In this document: piece after piece, positions 55,046 to 64,000 of the stretch
Numbering within the stretch: the first letter of the stretch is position 1
Layout of the letters: each line of letters begins with the position of its first letter
DNA from: Octopus sinensis
Taxonomy: Eukaryota
DNA length: 64,000 bases
Reading direction: 5' to 3'
Assembly: GCF_006345805.1 (NCBI RefSeq)
Contig: NC_043008.1
Location: 41,354,001-41,418,000, forward strand
Translations under genes and position numbers: made by a program
The notes under the pieces: model-generated
What the model was told of the DNA's origin: nothing
Database searches by the model: none
The model's input: only the letters and a program-made list of their open reading frames with translations

Positions 55046-55696
55046 AGGCGGCTAGCTGGTCGAATTATGGTCGGCAGGGATGAAATAGAGGGGGTAAAGG
55101 AATATGTCTACCTGAGACAGGAAATGAATATGTGCCGAGGCATCGCCGAGATCTCGCGGAGAGTAATAGTCGGACTTTAGGCGTTTAATGACATAAGGGA
55201 TGTGCTCAAGGGAAGTTTCGACTGGACCACCCGCGCCAAACTCATCAATACCACAGTCCTACCTGCAATGTTATATGCTAGTGAGGCATAGGCTACAACA
55301 AACAGAGAAGAGCAGAGATTGGTAACGGCTCAAAGAGCCATGGAGAGGTCAATGCTTGGAATCTCGTTGAGAGAGCACAGCAGTAGCGAGGTCATCAGAC
55401 AGAAGTCCGGCATAAGGGACGTCATCGTAGAATATACACGCAGCAAGTTTAGATGGGCTGGACACGTCGCTCGGCTCACTGATAATCAATGGACCCGCGC
55501 AGTTGTCGAGTGGTACCTGCATGAGCGGAAACGACCACTCGGAAGGCCTCCACGACGGTGGAGTTACGATTTTAGGAGGGCGACTGGGACCACGTGGATA
55601 AGGAAAGCGTGATCCAAAGAGGAGTGGACTGCGTGCTATGTCCAGCAGTCTGAACTGGACGTCCAACGGACTGGTCGGTCAAGATGCTCAAGCTGA
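55046..55696 (+). mobile_element. 5'-truncated RTE-clade LINE, 3' end (decayed)
   Basis: IEGVKEYVYL.QE..., KLINTTVLPAMLYASE, AQRAMERSMLGISLR, KFRWAGHVAR..WTRAVVEW..RKRPLGRPPRRW; in-frame stops present. Confidence 0.9.
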
Positions 55697-57070
55697 TATA
55701 TACAGAAAAGGAGGATTTTCGATTATCCCCACGTGGTGAGTTGTAATATATATAAGAAATTAAAGAAGGAAAATACATACACTTTACATAGTTTTAATAT
55801 AATTTTTAATATACCGCCGGTTATGTATATAATATATATATGTGTGAGTGTGTGTGTGTGTGTGTTTTCTTTTTACTTTTTGTATATCAGTCGACTATAT
55901 TTTACTGCAATATAGATTCCGTGTTTTGAGCTTGTATATCAATGTATAACTCATGCATCTTCCAAAACACGTTGCTGCAGCAATAACATTAGAAACAGTC
56001 GCAGAGGTAGCAGCAGCACCAACATTAGTAATTCCAGTAATGACAACAAACAACCCCATGAATGTAGCAATGAGGATTTCTGCTTTGCTTTCAACTGGTA
56101 CTTATTTTATTGATCCCGAAATGATGAAAGGCAAACTCGACCCCGGCGGAGCATAATGACGGACAAACTGCTGCTCTGCATTTTGTCCGTCTTGCAAACG
56201 ATTCTATCAAATCGCTGCTATTCATGAAGCTAATATTCGCCAGTGATTTAGAGATTTTTTCCTGTATATCAGCTGGTACTCATTTTATCGACACCAAAAT
56301 GGTGAAAGACAAAGTCGGCCCCAGCGCAACACACAATGGACGAAATGCAGTTGTGCATTTTGCACCACCACCCTCTTGCCTTTCGTAAACTTAATATATT
56401 CCCCAGTGATTTAGGAATTTTTTCCGCATTATAATCAAAGTTGCATATTTCAGTGTAGTGAAGGGTCAATTTCATTGACGTCAGCAGTTTACTGCTAATC
56501 ATTGTATTAAGCTTCTGAAGTAGAAAATATTAAAGTCAACATCAAAAGTCTATGAATTGAAAATTCAATTTTTAATATTTCTACTGCCAACTAATTCCAG
56601 TTGATAATGATTTCTCAGTTTAACACTATACCAAAACTAATATAGCTCGGTGTAGTCATCTAACCCGAATCAATGTAATACTGAGATTTTCCTTTTAGGT
56701 ATATAAAGTCTGGTCCAACTGGATTTGAAAACAGAATATAAAATGGCCGATATGTATTCACGCGCTGCAAGTTGTCAGATAATTTAGATTGTTTATATAA
56801 AATGCAACAACCAATACCACGATGGAGCATCTGTATATGGCCGTAAAATTATCAGATTTGCGTTTTTTTTCAGTATTTTATTATTCTTTCAAATGTCTAT
56901 AAAATAAGTTTCAATTTTAACAATGTAAAATAAGTATTAGCGAAGTACTTCGTCTAAAGACAGCGAGTTGGTAGAATCGTTAGCTTGTCCAGTTCTTCAA
57001 TGTGTGACTTCAAATTCAGCTGAGATCAGCTTTTCCTTTCATCCCTTCGGGGTGGGAGCGATAAGAAAGC

Positions 57071-57814
57071 ATGAGTTTCAATATCTAAATATGATTCATG
57101 AATTATCAAATATATTTAGCTAGGTGAAGCATATCAAATGTTTATAATAGACATTGATTACATCGATTCCATTACTTGAGAAGTACTTGAGTCAATGTAA
57201 TAGCCTTGTCTCACAAAGCCTACCTCCTCAAAGTTGATAGCCTGTAAGCACGCAACATGCTGAAGAAACCGGATGACTACCCTCGAGTCCTAAGGCCTCA
57301 GAAAATATAAAAGAAAGATTACTTTTATACCTCCCGTATGTGTCGTTGATATTTTACCAATGCTAGATATCAATACAAATGCATTCGATTTGCCATCAAT
57401 TTCGATGATGATAATTCAAATTTTCGACTAATTCAGGATTTAATCTTTGAATAGAATAACCGATAAATACGTGTAATTTTCACATATTTCTCGTGGACAA
57501 TCATCATAAAATATCGTGGCCAGTTCTTTGAATTATATGTACAATTCATCGGACTGAATTCCAAATAGTCAGTTTCCATAATTTCACCCAAAATCCTTGG
57601 TTCCATCTGAGTCTGAGAAAATACACCTACCAAAGATACAGCGCAGTCAAATCGAAACTGGGACCTTGAGATTATGAAGCGATATTTGTAACCACTTAGC
57701 CATGCGAGTGAACATATTGAAATCAATATATTAACTACTATAAATATTTGATACGCTTCATCTAACGGACTATATTCGATAATTCGTGAATTATATTTAG
57801 ATATTGAAGCTCAT
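57071..57814. repeat. Old inverted repeat pair (~78-bp arms at 57071-57148 and 57737-57814)
   Basis: ATGAGTTTCAATATCTAAATATGATTCATGAATTATC vs reverse complement of GATAATTCGTGAATTATATTTAGATATTGAAGCTCAT. Confidence 0.75.
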
Positions 57815-58045
57815 TTTATATATTCACTTTCATTCTCTCAACGAGGAACGAATTGGTCATCAATGATTATTAATTGGTCGTCAACGATTATTTCCGTTTG
57901 AGATAAAACTTTCTTCATCTATGCAATTTAAATTTTCCACAACATGATTACAAAATTTAGATGCCATCACATATAGAGAGATATGCCTGATCATATATAA
58001 AGAAAAGTGGTCGTTAATTCACCCCAGTTCGCATTATATAACGAC

Positions 58046-58440
<395 letters not shown>

Positions 58441-58802
58441 AAACCATACATTCCTTTATGCAGAAATATTATATATGTATATATGTATGCATGTATGTGT
58501 GCTTGTATGTATCTACAACTTCCGGCTGTTTAATTAAACATACCGCAAACCTTTCACATGATTGATAATTTATTTTTGTCAATGTAGTGTTGCAATACAG
58601 GAATACTGAAATAGTACTGCAAACTTCAGAATCTATACAGATTTTCATTTACATTTACAACCTGATTGGTTTTGAGTTTGGTTGCACTTATACAAGTACA
58701 GCACTGTGGAGATTGCCACTGAAAATTAGATCAATCCTTGTATGATAACTGATATTTTTCTCTTCGATTCCAAGGAGAGTAAATGCAACAATCAAACATC
58801 TA

Positions 58803-59887
58803 GGAATTTGATTTCAAAAATATAGCGAATTATGTAACAACACTCTACTGGTCAATAAAACCATTCGTTCTGCTCATAGAATTGTCTTGTTCATCATACC
58901 AAGAAACCGGGAAAGGAATATATATCAATTTTTTCATATGTAATGCCCAATATTTTTAATCTAATACTGAACATTTGGACATCAAAATAATACAAAGTTA
59001 ATCTTTTCCCGTTCCTTTAGTTTTGCACTATTTTGCATCTATTTTGGAATAATAAATTATGTTTTGCTCCCAGTAGCTATAGTACACAGAATGAAATGTA
59101 ATTTTTTTATATTATTCATCCGAATATGTTTTTTTTTTTATTTTCTATCTACTTTGGAATTTGATTTCGAAAATATAGCGAATTATGTAACAACACTCTA
59201 CTGGTCAGTAAAACCATTACTCATAGAATTCTCTTGTTTTATCATACCAAGAACCTGGGAAAGGAATATATATATCAATTTTTTCATATGTAATGCCCAA
59301 TATTTTTAATCTAATACTGAACATTTGGACATCAAAATAATACAAAGTTAATATTTTCCTGTTCCTTTAGTTTTGCACTATTTTGCATCTATTTTGGAAT
59401 AATAAATTATGTTTTGCTCCCAGTAGCAGTTTTAGCTATAGTACACAGAATGAAATGTAATTTTTTTCATATTATTCATCCGAATATGTTTGTTTTTTTA
59501 TCTTCTATCTACTTTGGAATTTGATTTCGAAAATATAGCGAATTATGTAACAACACTCTACTGGTCAATAAAACTATTACTCATAGAATTCTCTTGTTTT
59601 ATCATACCAAGAAACTGGGAAAGGAATATATATATCAATTTTATTCATATGTAATGCCCAATATTTTTAATCTAATACTGAACATTTGGACATCAAAATA
59701 ATACAAAGTTAATATTTTCCCGTTCCTTTAGTTTTGCACTATTTTGCACTATTTTGCATCTATTTTGGAATAATAAATTATGTTTTGCTCCCAGTAGCAG
59801 TTTTAGCTATAGTACACAAAATGAAATGTAATTTTTTTCATATTATTTATCCGAATATGTTTTCTTCTTTTATTTTCTATCTACTTT
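58803..59887. repeat. Tandem triplication of a ~360-bp AT-rich unit
   Basis: GGAATTTGATTTC.AAAATATAGCGAATTATGTAACAACACTCTACTGG starts at 58803, 59156 and 59516. Confidence 0.95.
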
Positions 59888-60200
59888 TTGTCAATTAGCT
59901 TCATTTTTTTCTTTCTTTTTTCATTTACTTCCCTTATTTTCTCGAAAAAAAAAACAACACAATTCCAGTTTCCATAACTTCATTACAGGGGATGTAAATT
60001 GCTTTATAACGGATAACTGAATCTGTTTTCTGAAACAAAAATAAAACAGCAACAAGACATTCGCGTTTTCTTCTTAACGTACAGCATACAATAGCGTGTA
60101 TTAATCATCGTTTACACTATTATAAATTGTATTAGTGTCAGCACATCAAGACAAGATCCGGCAGAATCGTTAACACGTTGGATAATGTGCTTAGCAGAAT

Positions 60201-60562
60201 TTCTTGCGACTCATCACGTTCTGAGCTCAAATCGAGACAAAGTCGGATTTTCTTCTCTTCTTTTTGGAGTCGATAAAACGTACTAGCTAAGCAATGGTTT
60301 GATGTAATCGATTATTCTCATCCTCTGAATATTGCTGGCCTTGTGCCAAAATTAGAAAGACACATTTTTCAAGATATCAGTTTTCTTGCGACTCATCACG
60401 TTCTGAGCTCAAATCGAGACAAGGTAGGATTTTCTTCTCTTCCTTTTTGGAGTCGATAAAACGTACCAGCTAAGCAATGGTTTGATGTAATCGATTGTTC
60501 TCCTCCTCTGAATATTGCTGGCTTTGTGCCAAAATTAGAAAGACACATTTTTCAAGATATCA
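60201..60562. repeat. Tandem duplication (~181 bp) of a decayed SINE-C
   Basis: TTCTTGCGACTCATCACGTTCTGAGCTCAAATCGAGACAA ... TTAGAAAGACACATTTTTCAAGATATCA occurs twice. Confidence 0.92.
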
Positions 60563-60934
60563 ATATTCAGTTTGGTATTGTTGGGAATTATGAATCAGAT
60601 AGAAGTTTCTTCCCAGTAGAGGTTGAATTTGCAAATTTGTATTTCACGTTTCATGTTTTGTATTTACTTTATATCATTCTTCAATTATTGAGTTTCATAC
60701 TAACATATATATTTTTGCTTCTTTTTCCAAAATTTACATTCAATTTTTAAATGTAAATTGTATAGGATTATTTCCCTCTCCTTGCATATATTACCCTTTG
60801 TCTTGTATATTTGTTATCTAGCTGTATTTATTTTAGTCGTATCTCATTTCTGTGATTACAACAAAATATGCAGCCGAATATATTTACAATAATGGTTTTC
60901 GATTTTTCCACATGGACAGCAATTTTAGTGGGAG

Positions 60935-61083
60935 GGATGAGTCGATTACATCGAGCATAGTGTTCAACAGGTACTTATTTTATCGATCCCGAAAGGATGA
61001 AAGGTAAAGTCGACCGCGGCGGAATTTGAACTCAGAATTTAGCGACGGGCGAAATACCGCTAAGCATTTCGTCCACCACGCTA
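60935..61083 (-). mobile_element. SINE family C
   Basis: CCCGAAAGGATGAAAGGTAAAGTCGACCGCGGCGGAATTTGAACTCAGAA. Confidence 0.85.
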
Positions 61084-61163
61084 ACGAATCTGCCAACTCG
61101 CCGTGTCATAATAGAACAATATTATTATTATTCTCTAGGTTTAGCCCCCTGTGGGCAATAAAG

Positions 61164-61169
61164 AAATAA

Positions 61170-61231
<62 letters not shown>

Positions 61232-61281
61232 CATCATCATTATGAAGAAGAAGAAGAAGAAGAAGAAGAAGAAGAAGAAGA
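61164..61281. repeat. Compound (ATT)n-(ATC)n-(GAA)n microsatellite
   Basis: Direct reading. Confidence 0.95.
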
Positions 61282-62140
61282 ATGAAGTTGGTGAAATAAG
61301 TAACAATCGAACACTGGTGTCGATATAATCGACTAACCATCACCCCCAAAATACCAGGACCGCTGCCTCTAATACAATGTATTATTCGCGTAGCGAGCTG
61401 GAAGAATCGTTAGCATATCGGACAAAATGCTTAGCAGCGTTTCTTTTGATTCGTTAAATTCTATACTAAATCCTAGAGAGGTCGATTGTGCTTTTTGTTA
61501 ACTCGGGTTCAATAATATAAGAAGCTGTTGAACACCTGAGTTGATGTAATTGACTAGACCCCATCCCTTATATGTTCAGGCCGTGGGTGTTTCGTTAGCA
61601 CGTCGGACAAAAATGTTTAGCGTTTTTGTTTTCGATTTTATGGTCTTCTTTACCTTCCAGTACTCCTTAAGATAAACTACCGGTCAAGTACCAGATTAGG
61701 CGTAATCAAATAACCCCTTCTTCGTTGTTGTTGGGTGAGTCACAACATCCCCTGCGAGAATAGACTGACCGAACGACTATAAAATAGTAGCGGTCTGAGT
61801 GAGATGGCGAAAGAAGGCGTTAATCGCAGGATGTCGTAAGGTAACGTTTTGGTAGTTTATCAGAATACTGTTTGTTGGTTCATGGAGAGTTCCAGGAGAG
61901 TTCCTTGGATTGTTACCTTGTTTTTACCCTGCGTCGTTATATGTTTATTGTTACTAAAAGGTTATAGTGTAAACGGGTATCGTCCTAACAATTGGCGATG
62001 CAGCATTCCCATTGCTGGCCTTGTGCCAAAATTTTAAACAAGTCTTCATTATTATTATTATTTGTTGCTGATTCCTTTAAAAGTTGTATGCGTGTGTGTG
62101 TGTGTGTGTATATATATTTGTGTGTGTGTGTATATGTTTG

Positions 62141-62350
62141 TGTGTCTGTGTTTGTCCCCACCCCAACATCGCTTCACAACTGATGCTGGTGTGTTTACGT
62201 CCCCGTAACTTAGCGGTTCGGCAAAGGAGAACGATAGAATAAGTACTAGGCTTACAAATGATAAGTCCTGGGGTCGATTTGCTCGACTAGAGGCTGTGCT
62301 CCAGCATGGCCACAGTCAAATGACTGAAACAAGTAAAAGAGTAAAAGAGT
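62141..62350 (+). mobile_element. SINE AB tail
   Basis: CGTCCCCGTAACTTAGCGGTTCGGC ... GTCAAATGACTGAAACAAGTAAAAGAG. Confidence 0.88.
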
Positions 62351-63007
62351 AATTTTGCTCCAATAATTCTCGATACTTTTCAGGTGTAATTGATGGAGTT
62401 AACTTTCATTTTGTTTATTATTTCAAACAAGGATTGCTCTGGGAAAATGTGTAACGTCTCACCCTGCTGGAATTATAAAACAATATCGGGCATTTAAAAT
62501 AATTTCATTTCTGTTTCATTGTCTAACTGTAAATCAAGAAATTATTTCATGTTTTATAGGAATCACCCACAAAATAAATTACATTAAACGAAGAAAAAGT
62601 GTAATTAAATTGATAATAATAGAAAATTTGAATTAATGATGCAAAAATAATTTGTAAAGAAAGTTTTTTAAAATTCCTGACACTCGATGATAAAAGTGAA
62701 CGAATACAGGCAAATCTTTTAACAGAAAATACAGTCGGCGAAATTATAGATTTTACGGAACCGTTAAAGCTGTATTTTCCCCTGTCACGACCAGATTTCA
62801 AATCTTTCAGAAATGGACATTGCTCTCCATTTCTCTAGAGCCCGATAAAGCAAGTGCTAGCCTATGGTGGTAGATTTTATTGTTCTTGTCGTGTTCGTTG
62901 TCGGCGTCGTCGTCGTCGTCGTCGACATCAGCGGCGGCTAAATCTGGCATCAGAGAACTCAGTTTCGTCTTTGCTTAACACTTCCTTTATGGCGATGACG
63001 TTTTTTT

Positions 63008-63427
63008 ACTCTTTTGCTCCTTTATTTGTTTCAGTCATTTGACTGCGGCCATGCTGGAGCACCGCCTTTAGTCGAGCAAATCGACTCCAGGACTTATTCC
63101 TTGTAAGCCTTGTAGCTATTATATCGGACTCTTTTGCAGAACCGCTAAGTTACGGGGACGTAAACACACCAGCATCGGTTGTCAAGCGATGTTGGGGGAA
63201 CAAACACAGACACACAAACATATACATACACACGCACACACACACACACACACATATATATATACGACGGGCTTCTTTCAGTTTCCGTCTACCAAATCCA
63301 CTCACAAGGCTTTGGGCGGCCTGAGGCTATAGTAGAATACACTTGCCCAAGGTGCCACGCAGTGGGACTGAACACGGAACTATGTGATTGGTAAGGAAGC
63401 TACTTACCCCACAGTCTCTCCTGCGCC
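63008..63427 (-). mobile_element. SINE AB
   Basis: Complete tail, (CA)n linker and head in reverse orientation. Confidence 0.88.
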
Positions 63428-63650
63428 ACTCCTGCGTTGATGACTAAATACACAAATTCTTGCACAGAAGAGTCGATGACATTGCCTGCATGGTAATTCT
63501 GATGGAGGACGAGTTTGATTTTCTGAGTATTTCTCTCCTGCTGTTTGGTGTCTTCTTCTGCTCTTCTGGTGGCGTCGAAGTAATTCACTTTGTCTATATT
63601 ATTACATATTTTATGACATTGATGTATTATGAGAAACACTTCCTTTAATC
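63428..63650 (-). mobile_element. RTE-like LINE 3' relic with C-terminal C2H2-type zinc finger
   Basis: YFDATRRAEEDTKQQ (cf. FE..RR...EEKR) followed after a frameshift by CRQCHRLFCARICVFSHQR (cf. CxxCxRxFxARIGLxSHxR of RTE/BovB-like LINEs). Confidence 0.55.
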
Positions 63651-64000
63651 CAGTCATGATAGAAACATTTTGGTGCTTAATGACTGGTATTTTATTTTAT
63701 TTAATCTTTATTCAAGGAATTTTTCGACACTGAAACATATTCCTAATATATTCCAATATACTAGAGTCATATATTTCACTAAGTAACGTATTAGAGACAT
63801 GCAAACAAATTGCCTCATCTATTTCCAACGTATTTTACCTTGTCACACTTACCCTTTTTAATTGCTCGAGTTTTATTGCTGAAATACATTTAAATTCTCT
63901 AATAGCACCTAACATATTGTACATACTTGAGTCTATACATACGTAATTTCTTTAAGTGATGCCTTGGTTTTCATATTTCATCAAATTGCACTTATACCTA

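Noticed and set aside
58803-59887. Regular repeats as a possible CRISPR array
   Set aside because: Eukaryotic context and whole-unit tandem copies with no unique spacers.
61736-61846. TGAGTCA, TATAAAA, short uORF and AAG|GTAACG donor resembling a promoter/first exon
   Set aside because: Short motifs are expected by chance in 64 kb of AT-rich DNA; no downstream exon or expression evidence.

Overview
Very AT-rich, microsatellite-dense animal genomic DNA. It is probably an octopod cephalopod, inferred from recognisable tRNA-derived SINE families and the density of (TA)n/(CA)n/(AAT)n tracts; no database check was possible. No intact protein-coding gene can be supported. Nearly all ORFs in the track are translated microsatellites, so the window looks intergenic or deep-intronic. 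It contains at least four tRNA-derived SINE families in many copies, and decayed retroelement coding relics: two Penelope-like RT relics, three RTE-clade LINE relics and one R4/Dong 3' end sitting in (AAT)n. There are also MITEs, a non-autonomous Helitron and several local tandem or inverted duplications. The most notable signal is a set of five minimal type-I hammerhead ribozyme motifs (CUGANGA-A-stemII-GAAAC-GUH with a palindromic stem III). Two lie in tandem directly upstream of a Penelope RT relic, two are solo copies (one a CUGUUGA variant), and one lies downstream of a tRNA-like Pol III head, a retrozyme-like layout. Every copy carries at least one core lesion. Also notable are a non-coding retroposon that appears targeted to (TAA)n, and a ~590-bp near-perfect palindrome.
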